A model generated the notes under the pieces. It was not told where the DNA came from, did no database searches, and saw nothing but the letters and a program-made list of their open reading frames with translations. From Pseudaminobacter sp. (GTDB lineage Bacteria; Pseudomonadota; Alphaproteobacteria; Rhizobiales; Rhizobiaceae), in assembly GCA_035941355.1 (NCBI GenBank), contig DASZDZ010000008.1, forward strand, positions 16,388 to 80,387: DNA of 64,000 nt. The letters run 5' to 3'. Shown in pieces: positions 55,995 to 64,000 of this stretch. Made by a program: the position numbers and the translations under genes. The first letter of the stretch is position 1. Every line of letters begins with the position of its first letter.

Positions 55995-56621
55995 TCAGCC
56001 AGAACGCCGGCCGATTTTCGGAACGCTGCCCCTAAAGCCAGGCTCGGGGGTTGGCGCCTGCGCAAGCGCCCGCCGATGCCACTCGTTCATCAGCCAGGCG
56101 AGTTCGGCTCGACCCAACTCGAAATTGTCCTGCAGGATGCGCTTGGTCTTGGTGGGGACGCCTCGCCATGCGCTGGGGGCGATGACCTCGAACGTGACCA
56201 CCCGAAGCCGACGTATCGTATCCTCGCGGAAGTCTCGCACTACGTCCTGCCACGATATGCGCGTCGTCCGGAAGACCAGTTTGCACGCCAAACCGTCAGC
56301 GTCGATCGTCAGGCTTCCTACGCCGGGCACGAGCGTTGCGATCGCGACCCTGACCGTGAGCGCAGCAAAAAATGCCAGCAAGATGGCGAAACCGATCCAC
56401 TCGTTCGTGTCCTTGCTTGCCACGACCACGGCCCAGGCGGAGGCCACCGTCAAACCGAGGCACAGTGCGAACGAAACAAGCTTCCTGCTCCGCCTGATTT
56501 GCAGCGTAACAGGCCCGGGAAAGCGGGCGAGGATAGTCTCGGCGCGATGCATGCCGAATGGAGACAAGTTCGGGCGATCTCCGGCCCCGACGCTCTCGGC
56601 GGCCATGTGCATTGTAAGCAT
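55995..56621 (-). CDS. membrane protein of unknown function
   Basis: Two adjacent TM segments (LVSFALCLGLTVASAWAVVVA, WIGFAILLAFFAALTVRVAIATLV) followed by a soluble domain. The start codon is uncertain. Confidence 0.55.
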   Translation of the reverse strand: MLTMHMAAESVGAGDRPNLSPFGMHRAETILARFPGPVTLQIRRSRKLVSFALCLGLTVASAWAVVVASKDTNEWIGFAILLAFFAALTVRVAIATLVPGVGSLTIDADGLACKLVFRTTRISWQDVVRDFREDTIRRLRVVTFEVIAPSAWRGVPTKTKRILQDNFELGRAELAWLMNEWHRRALAQAPTPEPGFRGSVPKIGRRSG

Positions 56622-56811
56622 ATGCGCCTACCATGGGAAGTGCCGTCGCCGCCGTGGGGAAGACGTTGGCGCCACAAGCGGCATGATTGCCGACGAAAGG
56701 TCGGCGCGTCGTATTTTTTGCCGGCCCCTGTCGGAAAGCGGTCGCGCCGGCCGTCCTTGGAACAACTCGGGGCTTTGGCCGGGGCTTTTCTTTTAACGAG
56801 GAGAAAATGCG

Positions 56812-57471
56812 ATGAGGAAAATAATCACCGCGACATTCGTCAGCCTCGATGGCGTCATGCAGGCGCCTGGCGGTCCGGAAGAAGATCCGACCAGCGGCTT
56901 CAAGTTCGGCGGCTGGGTGTTTCCACACTTCGATGAGGCGGCCGGCGGCGCGATGGACGAGATTTTGGGCCAGCCCTACGACCTTCTGCTCGGCCGCAAG
57001 ACCTACGATATCTTCGCCGCGTACTGGCCTCGCATCACCGACCCCAACGACACGATCGCACCCATCTTCAACCGGGTCACGAAATACGTCGCCTCGCGCT
57101 CGAAGCCCGAGCTTTCCTGGAACAACAGCCGGTGGCTGGGAGACGACGCCGTCGCCGCGCTGAAGAAGCTGAAGGCCGAGGACGGTCCCGACCTGCTCGT
57201 GCAGGGCTCCAGCGATTTCCTGCAGACGCTGTGGGCACACGGCCTGATCGACGAGATTAACGTGCTGACCTTCCCGGTGCTGCTGGGCAAGGGCAAGCGC
57301 CTGTTCGGCGACGGCGTGGCCCCGGCCGGCCTGAAGCTGGTGAAGTCGCAGTCCTATCCGACCGGCGTGATCGTCGCCAAATATGAACCGGCCGGCGCGG
57401 TCAAGACGGGATCGTTCGCCCAGGAAGAGCCGACCGAAGCCGAGCTCGAGCGGCGCAGGAACCTGCGCTGA
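56812..57471 (+). CDS. dihydrofolate reductase family protein (RibD C-terminal domain type)
   Basis: MRKIITATFVSLDGVMQAPGGPEEDPTSGFKFGGW...LLLGRKTYDIFAAYWP...LLVQGSSDFLQTL...IDEINVLTFPVLLGKGKRLF. Confidence 0.9.
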   Translation: MRKIITATFVSLDGVMQAPGGPEEDPTSGFKFGGWVFPHFDEAAGGAMDEILGQPYDLLLGRKTYDIFAAYWPRITDPNDTIAPIFNRVTKYVASRSKPELSWNNSRWLGDDAVAALKKLKAEDGPDLLVQGSSDFLQTLWAHGLIDEINVLTFPVLLGKGKRLFGDGVAPAGLKLVKSQSYPTGVIVAKYEPAGAVKTGSFAQEEPTEAELERRRNLR

Positions 57472-57475
57472 GCGA

Positions 57476-58054
57476 TTAGCCGGTCCTGCTCGGATAGCGT
57501 TCCAGCGTGGACGTGAACATCCGCGACAACGCCTCGATCGCCGTGGCCCGGTCTATGCGGCCGGCCGCGGCGTCGTTCGCCAGTGCTTCGACGGCCCCCA
57601 GGAAGCCGGCGAAAATCGCGTTGCCTTCTGCCGGAGGGACGTCGACGAGCTGTCCGAAACCTTTGCGGTATTCCGCGATGTAGCCCTGGCGCAGCGACTG
57701 GCGGAACGCGGCTGTTTCCTCGCTGGCGGCCAGGGCGTCGAAGGCGGCGCCCATTTCAGGTCCGATATCGAGAACACAATTCACGTAGGCTGACGCGAAG
57801 ATGGCGGCGATGTCCGCCAGCGTCGCACTGCCCGTCGCCAGCGCACGCTCCCGCGCCGCGACCTGCCTGTCGTTGTATTCGTCGCACAGGGCCACCAGGA
57901 GCCCGGCCCGCGTGGCGAAATGTTCGTAGGCGATCGGCTTGCTCACGCCGGCGCGCTCGGCGAGATGGCCGAGCGTCAACGCTTCGGTTCCCTCCTCCGC
58001 GATGATTTTGCGCGCCGTGTCGAGCAGTTGCTCGCGCCGCGCCGCCTTCGGCAT
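57476..58054 (-). CDS. TetR/AcrR family transcriptional regulator
   Basis: MPKAARREQLLDTARKIIAEEGTEALTLGHLAERAGVSKPIAYEHF... Internal ATG 58054. Confidence 0.85.
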   Translation of the reverse strand: MPKAARREQLLDTARKIIAEEGTEALTLGHLAERAGVSKPIAYEHFATRAGLLVALCDEYNDRQVAARERALATGSATLADIAAIFASAYVNCVLDIGPEMGAAFDALAASEETAAFRQSLRQGYIAEYRKGFGQLVDVPPAEGNAIFAGFLGAVEALANDAAAGRIDRATAIEALSRMFTSTLERYPSRTG

Positions 58055-58148
58055 CTTTCTTGTCGCTGGTCTATCCACAACTGCTCCGCTGGTACAACCG
58101 AAACTGCCCCGCACGCTTGGAAGGCCGGAGGCTGTCTCCTATGTTACT

Positions 58149-58179
58149 GATGGTAAGTTACAAATCGTAAGTTACCATC
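58149..58179. promoter_or_regulatory. candidate TetR operator
   Basis: GATGGTAAGTTAC-AAATC-GTAAGTTACCATC (12 of 13 arm positions complementary), located between the divergent TetR and oxidoreductase genes. Confidence 0.5.
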
Positions 58180-58205
58180 GGTACACTTCTATATAGGGGA
58201 TTCCC

Positions 58206-59216
58206 ATGACGATTGCAGCACGCGAAATCCATCTCAAGAGCCGGCCGAACGGGCTGCCCAGCCTCGACAATTTCGAAGTTGTGAGCCGCACGCTTCCCGA
58301 ACTGGCGCCGGGGCAGGTTCTGGTCCGCACGACCTGGATGTCCGTCGACCCCTATATGCGCGGACGCATGCGGGACCGGCCGAGCTACATCGCGCCGTTC
58401 CAGCTCGGCGAGGCGCTGGAGGGCGCTGCGGTCGGCGTGGTCGAGCGTTCCGCCGACGACGGGTTCAAGCCGGGCGATCTGGTCAGCCATTTTTCGGGTT
58501 GGCGCGATTACACCATCGTGGATGCGTCGACCGTGTCGAAGATCGACGCCGCAGCCGCGCCCGAACCGGCGTGGCTCGGACCGTTGGGTGTTCCCGGCTT
58601 CACGGCCTATGTCGGTCTCGGCCGCATAGGCGAACTGAAGGCTGGAGAGACGATCTTCATCTCGGCCGCTGCCGGCGCTGTCGGCTCGATGGCGGTCCAG
58701 ATCGCCAAGGCGAAGGGCGCGCGCGTCATCGCCTCGGTGGGCGGCGACGCCAAGGCAGCCTGGGTCCGTGACGAATTGGGCGCGGACGTGGTGATCAACT
58801 ACAAGACCGCGGGCGATCTCGCCGCCGCATTGGCCAAGGCCGCTCCGGAAGGCATCGACGTCTATTTCGACAATGTCGGCGGCGAGCACCTAGACGCCGC
58901 CTTGGCCAACGCCAAGGACCACGCGCGTTTTGTCATCTGCGGCATGATCGCCGGCTACAATGACGAGGGCAACGCCGACGCGGCGCGCAATCTCGCCCGC
59001 ATCGTCATCAACCGCCTCTCGCTGCGAGGCTACATCGTACTCGACCACTACGACCTGCTGCCGGAATTTACCGCCCAGATGACCAAATGGATCGCCGAGG
59101 GCCGCATCAAGTGGCGCGACACCGTGGTCGAGGGCCTTGACAACGCACCCAAGGCATTCCTCGGCCTGTTCTCGGGCGAAAACATCGGCAAAATGCTGGT
59201 CAGGCTCGGCGATTGA
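58206..59216 (+). CDS. NADP-dependent oxidoreductase, medium-chain dehydrogenase/reductase family (YncB/CurA-like)
   Basis: ..VLVRTTWMSVDPYMRGRM.., ..GETIFISAAAGAVGSMAVQIAKAKGARVIASVGG.., ..GKMLVRLGD. Confidence 0.9.
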   Translation: MTIAAREIHLKSRPNGLPSLDNFEVVSRTLPELAPGQVLVRTTWMSVDPYMRGRMRDRPSYIAPFQLGEALEGAAVGVVERSADDGFKPGDLVSHFSGWRDYTIVDASTVSKIDAAAAPEPAWLGPLGVPGFTAYVGLGRIGELKAGETIFISAAAGAVGSMAVQIAKAKGARVIASVGGDAKAAWVRDELGADVVINYKTAGDLAAALAKAAPEGIDVYFDNVGGEHLDAALANAKDHARFVICGMIAGYNDEGNADAARNLARIVINRLSLRGYIVLDHYDLLPEFTAQMTKWIAEGRIKWRDTVVEGLDNAPKAFLGLFSGENIGKMLVRLGD

Positions 59217-59318
59217 ACTGAAGGCGAGGCGCGTAAGATCCGGCGCGCGTCAAACCGGTTGCATTCATGCACCGGTCGAGCAATAAGTTTAGTCGCGCTC
59301 GACGAAGGAACCCCGAAC

Positions 59319-59981
59319 ATGATCACCGTCTTTGGCGAAGGAAGAGGCTTTCGGGTCGTCTGGCTGCTGGAGGAGATGGGGCTCGCGTACCGGCTGAGGC
59401 CGGTGGACCTGCTGGCCGGCGTTGAGAACGACGCGGAGTACCTGGCCATCAACCCGGCCGGGTTCATCCCGGCGATCCGGGACGGGGACGTCACCATGAT
59501 CGAGTCGATTGCGATCATGGAGTACCTGATCGCCCGCTACGGGCCGACACCGCTGGCGCCGGACCCACACGATCCGGCCTTCCCCGCGTACCAGCAGTTC
59601 CTTCACCTCGGTGAAGCCGGTCTCGCCGCCTCCATGTATTTCGTCGTCGTCAGCCGCAATCTCGCGCCCGAGGCCGAGCGTCAGAACTGGGGCGCCCGCA
59701 AGGCGTTGGAAGTCTTCGAGAGCCGGCTGGGGCTGGTGAGCCGGCAACTCGCGCGCTCACCTTATCTCGCTGGCGATACCTTCACAGCGGCCGACATCTC
59801 GGTGACGTATGCCCTGGAATTCGCCCAAAGGTCCGGCCGCTACGCTCTCGGCGACGCAGAGCAAGCCTATGTGGCGCGCACCACCGCGCGCGACCCCTAT
59901 AAGCGGGCCATGGAGACATGCCAGGACACGAAGGCATGGGCCGCCAAAAGCGGCCAGTCGATGACCGTTCTTGGCGCTTGA
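59319..59981 (+). CDS. glutathione S-transferase family protein
   Basis: ..LAINPAGFIPAIRDGDVTMIESIAIMEYLIARYG.. (thioredoxin-like N domain) plus a helical C domain. Internal ATG 59319. Confidence 0.85.
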   Translation: MITVFGEGRGFRVVWLLEEMGLAYRLRPVDLLAGVENDAEYLAINPAGFIPAIRDGDVTMIESIAIMEYLIARYGPTPLAPDPHDPAFPAYQQFLHLGEAGLAASMYFVVVSRNLAPEAERQNWGARKALEVFESRLGLVSRQLARSPYLAGDTFTAADISVTYALEFAQRSGRYALGDAEQAYVARTTARDPYKRAMETCQDTKAWAAKSGQSMTVLGA

Positions 59982-60227
59982 CCGGATGCGAAGCGAAAGT
60001 CGGCTTGAGCCCGCTCAGGGTCGGTAGCGGTATTCCGTTTTCGGGTACCGAGCGTCAGGTTTTGACCACTAGATGACCCAAATTGCTTGCGGGGGGCGGC
60101 TCCCCGTTGTTTCGATGGCGGCGCTAGGAGGCGCGCCGCCGTGAGCCTGCAGGGCCGATGCTGTCCACTCGACCAACGCGTGCGATAGCCGATCTTAAAG
60201 TCGGCCGTTAGCAGGCGATCGCCTGAA

Positions 60228-60408
60228 TGATGGGCGCGGCCTGTGCGGTCACTGAAGGCATGACCCGGCTGCTGGCCGCAGAACTTCGCACCAAGCGGCA
60301 TTCGTGTCGTTTGCCTGCAGCCCGCCCCACGCTATTGTGGCATCCGACCGTGCCCGCGCAATGACGGGCGCCGTCGTCAACATGACTTGCGGGACCTTGG
60401 TGGACTAG
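60228..60408 (+). pseudogene. short-chain dehydrogenase/reductase gene fragment
   Basis: Pieces are readable in different frames: AACAVTEGMTRLLAAEL, GIRVVCLQP and the tail ARAMTGAVVNMTCGTLVD*. These are typical SDR C-terminal-half motifs, separated by frameshifts and an internal deletion. The N-terminal Rossmann half is absent. Confidence 0.65.
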
Positions 60409-60529
60409 GACAAAACCGAGATTCAGGGTTTGGAGCGTGTCCCAATAGTGTGAGTCTAGGCCGTAGATACGAGTAGCGAAGAGCAGTTTATGAGTTTACG
60501 GCCTGGACGACGCCTTGTAGATTGGACAC

Positions 60530-60967
60530 ATGGCGCTCAAACGGATGGACAACGTAGGAATCGTCGTCGAAGATCTCGAAAGGACAACTGATTTCTTTCG
60601 CGAGCTCGGCCTTGAGCTCGAAGGGCGGGCCACGATCGAAGGCGAATGGGCCGGACGTGTCACTGAACTGGGCGATCAGCACGTCGAAATTGCCATGATG
60701 CGCACGCCGGACGGCCACAGCCGGCTCGAGCTATCCCGCTTCCTCAGGCCGCCTGTCGTCGCGGATCACCGCAACGCCCCGGTTAACGCTCTGGGCTATC
60801 TCCGCGTCATGTTCACCGTGGACGACATCGACGAGACGCTTGCAAGGCTCCGCAATCGCGGCGCGCAGCTCGTAGGCGAAGTAGTCCAGTATAAAGACGT
60901 GTATCGGCTCTGCTACATCCGCGGGCCTGAAGGGCTTCTCATCGGACTCGCCCAAGAACTCAGCTAA
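60530..60967 (+). CDS. VOC (glyoxalase/bleomycin-resistance/dioxygenase) family protein
   Basis: MALKRMDNVGIVVEDLERTTDFFRELGLELEG...HVEIAMMRTPDGHSRLEL....LRVMFTVDDIDETLARLRNRGAQLVGEV. Confidence 0.85.
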   Translation: MALKRMDNVGIVVEDLERTTDFFRELGLELEGRATIEGEWAGRVTELGDQHVEIAMMRTPDGHSRLELSRFLRPPVVADHRNAPVNALGYLRVMFTVDDIDETLARLRNRGAQLVGEVVQYKDVYRLCYIRGPEGLLIGLAQELS

Positions 60968-61103
60968 GCCCAATACGACGACAACGACGAAGGGCAATCA
61001 ATGTCAGCGAGCGCGTCTCACAAGGGTTCGTTGTTAGACTCGACGCATCGCAAGGCTCCCTTCCAGAGCCCTGAATCAAGCACTTGCTCACCTAGCAGCA
61101 GTT

Positions 61104-61721
61104 TTATGAGTTCACGGCCTGGTTCTCCAACCCTTCGAGCAGCGTGACGAGGGCGGCGTCCAGGGGGTCCGGGCCGACCTTTTCGAGCAGGAACAAGCCT
61201 TCCATGGTCAACATGGTGATGCCGTGCATTTGCGCCCAGCAAGCTGCCGCCCCGCCCCGCACGTCGCGCTTGCGCAGCACTCCCTCGGTCTGGCCCCTCT
61301 CCAGCAATTCGGTTATCACGCCAAACACGGCGAGCGCCCTTTCGCTCAAATGCACGTCCACTGCCTTGCCCGCTTCGGCGCTGAACATGAGCCGATAGAG
61401 GCCCGGATTTGACGTTCCAAATTTGACATAGGCCCGACCGATCGCGAAGAATTCGTCCCGCAAGGAATTCGACCTTTTTGCCTTCGCCGTCGTCAGCTCC
61501 TCATGCAGCCGGGCGAATCCCAGCAGCGCCATTTCCGCAAGCAGGGCGGCCTTATCCGGAAAGTGCTTGTAGGGAGCGGCATGGCTGACGCCGGCCCGGC
61601 GCGCCACTTCCCTCAGAGTGAACTGCCAGCCCTTGTCCTCGTGCAGCATGGCCATGGCGGTTTCGATGATCGTCCGCCTCAGGTCGCCGTGGTGATAGGG
61701 CCGATTGGGTGCGTCCTGCAT
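61104..61721 (-). CDS. TetR/AcrR family transcriptional regulator
   Basis: ..YHHGDLRRTIIETAMAMLHEDKGWQFTLREVARRAGVSHAAPYKHFPDKAALL... Confidence 0.9.
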   Translation of the reverse strand: MQDAPNRPYHHGDLRRTIIETAMAMLHEDKGWQFTLREVARRAGVSHAAPYKHFPDKAALLAEMALLGFARLHEELTTAKAKRSNSLRDEFFAIGRAYVKFGTSNPGLYRLMFSAEAGKAVDVHLSERALAVFGVITELLERGQTEGVLRKRDVRGGAAACWAQMHGITMLTMEGLFLLEKVGPDPLDAALVTLLEGLENQAVNS

Positions 61722-61749
61722 CTTGCCTCAAAGTTGTCAGCGAAAACAT

Positions 61750-61809
61750 ATGTTGACATCGCCTACTTTCGGGCTTATGTCAATGTCCGGAAGTTAACAC
61801 TGTCAACAT
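61750..61809. promoter_or_regulatory. inverted repeats in the divergent TetR control region
   Basis: ATGTTGACA (61750-61758) and TGTCAACAT (61801-61809) are perfect reverse complements. Further TGTCAA/TTGTCA hexamers lie at about 61733 and 61788. Confidence 0.35.
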
Positions 61810-61820
61810 TGGAGCGTGCC

Positions 61821-62267
61821 ATGAACACCATTGCAAATGAAGTCGGAAGCCGCTTGACCCTTACCCATCGGCGCGAGCAATCGACCAGTAATATCCTTGC
61901 GGACCAGCAGGGAGGGAAATCCAGACGGGGCGCCACGCTGCGCAGCTTTGCCGGTGGCCTGGCCGCATTCTTGATGGCCGCGTCTCCCCTGCATGCCGGC
62001 GAACTGTCCGCCATGGCGGGCGAGAGCATCGACCTCGGCCGTTTTCATGGAGTGGTCTACTACACCAGTGCAGGCGACGGCTATCAGGTTGTTGCAACGA
62101 TCGCGGACGGTGAGGCCGCGCCCGTGCGCTTCTCGGCCACTCTCGCTGAAAATCAATCGGCCACCATATCCGTGCCGGGGGAATTGGGCGAACCCGGCCA
62201 CAGCTTCGAAATCTCGCGCTCGGGCGACAAGCTTACCGTCTCCGAGGTGGGGACGATGTCCAACTAA
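61821..62267 (+). CDS. secreted hypothetical protein
   Basis: Internal ATG 61821 preceded by GGAGCG. Signal-like FAGGLAAFLMAASPLHA, then a beta-rich domain (..FHGVVYYTSAGDGYQVVATIADGE..). Confidence 0.5.
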   Translation: MNTIANEVGSRLTLTHRREQSTSNILADQQGGKSRRGATLRSFAGGLAAFLMAASPLHAGELSAMAGESIDLGRFHGVVYYTSAGDGYQVVATIADGEAAPVRFSATLAENQSATISVPGELGEPGHSFEISRSGDKLTVSEVGTMSN

Positions 62268-62289
62268 CAGTCCAGAGATGAGGCGATTG

Positions 62290-62441
62290 CCGGGCAATGG
62301 CCTCGTCAGGCGCCACGGCATGCACCAACCCGATTGGAGGGTGCATGCCCGATCATCAACACGCGGCACACCTCTTGACTTGTTGGGTAGCAGCGGCTCG
62401 ATCACGCGCCATTCAAAGTCTGTCAGGTCATATCGGCTCAT
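62290..62441 (-). mobile_element. IS5-family (IS427-group-like) transposase N-terminal fragment
   Basis: Minus-strand ATG 62441 gives MSRYDLTDFEWRVIEPLLPNKSRGVPRVDDR, the hallmark start of IS5-family orfA. It degenerates after about 31-50 codons. No complete transposase and no obvious inverted-repeat pair. Confidence 0.65.
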
Positions 62442-62559
62442 GGTGAGCCCTGAATCAGAATCCGGCGCGATGTGAAAGCAGCCAGTCAGCAAACGACCCT
62501 GAGCAGAAATTCGTTCCCCGAATGGCGAATTCACGCCGCTGGCGCTAAGCCGCCTTTAG

Positions 62560-63075
62560 TTAGGATGCTGCGAACTTGAGTTCGTAGAAGACTAGCCACC
62601 CCTCTAACTCTGGCGGGATCTCATAGTAAGCGGGAACTTGGCGAAAGCCTAAACTCTCGTAGAGCGATACTGCCTGCTTCAGGCTGCGAGTGGTATCGAG
62701 TCTAATACCTCGATAGCCTGACCCCACAGCTTCTGAGATCACGCGATTTGCCAAGGCCCGCCCAATACCGCGGCCGTGGCACTCGGGCGAGACAAACATG
62801 CGCTTCATCTCGGAAAACTCAGCGTCCATCTCCTGAGACGCGACGCAACCCACTGGCTGACCATAATAGTATGCAATGAGCAAGGAACCTTTCGGGCCAT
62901 CGTACTTGCCCGGCAATCCCGCTAGGTCTTTCTCGAACCCTGCGTGGTCGAAATAAAGGTCATCCTTTTCTTTGTCCTCTGGGCTTGCTGCGCGCACCCA
63001 CTCGACATACGCCCTCATCAATGTCCGTGTCGCGTCAAGGTCTGATTGCGAAGTAGCGCGATGAATATCGATCAT
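62560..63075 (-). CDS. GNAT family N-acetyltransferase
   Basis: 171 aa. ..GQPVGCVASQEM......MKRMFVSPECHGRGIGRALANRVISEA...GYRGIRLDT.. (acetyl-CoA motif A). The region is visibly less GC-rich. Confidence 0.85.
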   Translation of the reverse strand: MIDIHRATSQSDLDATRTLMRAYVEWVRAASPEDKEKDDLYFDHAGFEKDLAGLPGKYDGPKGSLLIAYYYGQPVGCVASQEMDAEFSEMKRMFVSPECHGRGIGRALANRVISEAVGSGYRGIRLDTTRSLKQAVSLYESLGFRQVPAYYEIPPELEGWLVFYELKFAAS

Positions 63076-63271
63076 GTTGCCCCCATTTCACTACAGTAGC
63101 ACAAATCGCCCCGTTCGCGTAAGCAAGCTCGGCTTTCCGAAATTGTCCAAATCTGTCGCCTATTTTTCCCGCCCAAGGAAAGGCCCACAGACGGGCGCTG
63201 GGGTCACGCTTCGTGCGGGTTCAGATCAAGGGCAGCAACGCGAACCTTCCACCCATCTCAGCCGTTCGCGT

Positions 63272-63426
63272 TTATGGGTTCACGGCCTGGTTCTCCAGCC
63301 CTTCGAGCAGCGTGACGAGGGCGGCGTCCAGGGGGTCCGGGCCGACCTTTCGAGCAGGAACAAGCCTTCCATGGTCAACATGGTGATGCCGTGCATTTGC
63401 GCCCAGCAAGCTGCCGCCCCGCCCAT
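63272..63426 (-). pseudogene. 3'-terminal fragment duplicating the TetR gene at 61104-61259
   Basis: About 155 bp matches 61104-61259 with two substitutions and one 1-bp deletion by eye. Similarity stops abruptly at about 63427. Confidence 0.8.
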
Positions 63427-63533
63427 TGCCGACATTCGTCGTTCCAGAGGCATGACGACTCCCCCTTCCGAATTTGGATATGGTTCGAACTGAGCAACTG
63501 AGCAGCCATTGCTGCCCGATTGCGGGAAGGGGC

Positions 63534-63822
63534 GTGGACATCGCGGTATGGCTGAGGCGCCTTGGACTGGAGCAATACGCTCCGGCTTCCGGGATAATGA
63601 CATTGAAGCCGAGATACTTTCCCAGCTAACGGCCGAGGATCTGATGATCTGATGGCGCTCGGGATCACCTCGGTTGGTCACCGACGCAGACTGGTCACGG
63701 CAATCGCTTCGCTCGCCGACGCACCGATCCCACGGCCCGTCGATCGGGCCTCCGGTTACTCCGGCAGGATGCCCACCACAATGGAGATCGCCCAGCGCAT
63801 CCGGTTCAACAGCGGCGGCTGA
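63534..63822 (+). pseudogene. broken 5' end of a SAM-domain signalling gene (adenylate-cyclase/ATPase type)
   Basis: GTG 63534 gives VDIAVWLRRLGLEQYAPA. After a frameshift come FRDNDIEAEILSQLTAEDLM and, in a third frame, LGITSVGHRRRLVTAIASLAD. This is the typical SAM-domain N-terminus of large rhizobial cyclase/AAA proteins. No downstream catalytic part is present. Confidence 0.55.
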
Positions 63823-64000
63823 TCATTCGGATGAGGGAAGCACGAAAGGCTTTCCGTTGACGGGGTAGTTGGCCAGCGCCGGCCACTCGTTAACGATAGT
63901 TCTACGGAGGATCTCGCTGGACTTTTGGGCCTCTGCCGGCACTGATAACATTAGTTCCAAGGTCCGACGGCAATTGTAAAGAGATACGCTCTCAAATGCT

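Noticed and set aside
63470-63500. GGTTCGAAC string resembling a tRNA T-loop
   Set aside because: No acceptor-stem or anticodon-arm complementarity in the surrounding roughly 80 nt, so it is not a tRNA gene or obvious fragment.

Overview
High-GC alphaproteobacterial chromosome segment. Gene content and the RpoD sequence look Rhizobiales, Mesorhizobium-like; this is inference only. Core housekeeping anchors are rpoD-dnaG (1.8-6.3 kb), gatB/yqeY-carA (35.5-37.4 kb) and a three-subunit molybdo-hydroxylase (49.5-53.3 kb). Accessory material lies between them.

(1) A stress-type gene block at 9.6-17.9 kb has sigma-EcfG-like promoter motifs (GGAAC-N16/17-CGTT) upstream of several genes. A further perfect copy sits at 44.56 kb. 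The block includes a frameshifted TPP enzyme, a Pcm/erythromycin-esterase fusion and an HPF/cold-shock fusion.

(2) An accessory patch at 29.8-35.4 kb starts with a conspicuously AT-rich palindromic spacer. It encodes a large beta-helix membrane protein, two alpha/beta hydrolases and a minimal class III cyclase fused to a YHS domain.

(3) The carA 3' end is duplicated about 0.9 kb downstream of the intact gene. A multiply frameshifted gene follows.

(4) The right end (60-64 kb) is a decaying mosaic: an SDR fragment, an IS5-family transposase fragment, a duplicated TetR 3' end and a broken SAM-domain gene start.

A family of hairpin-forming intergenic repeats occurs at four sites. No rRNA, tRNA or CRISPR array was seen. 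No single compact, clearly novel multi-gene system could be demonstrated from sequence alone; the best candidates are listed as findings with their limits. Many long ORFs in the six-frame track are off-frame or antisense artefacts of the high GC content and were rejected.
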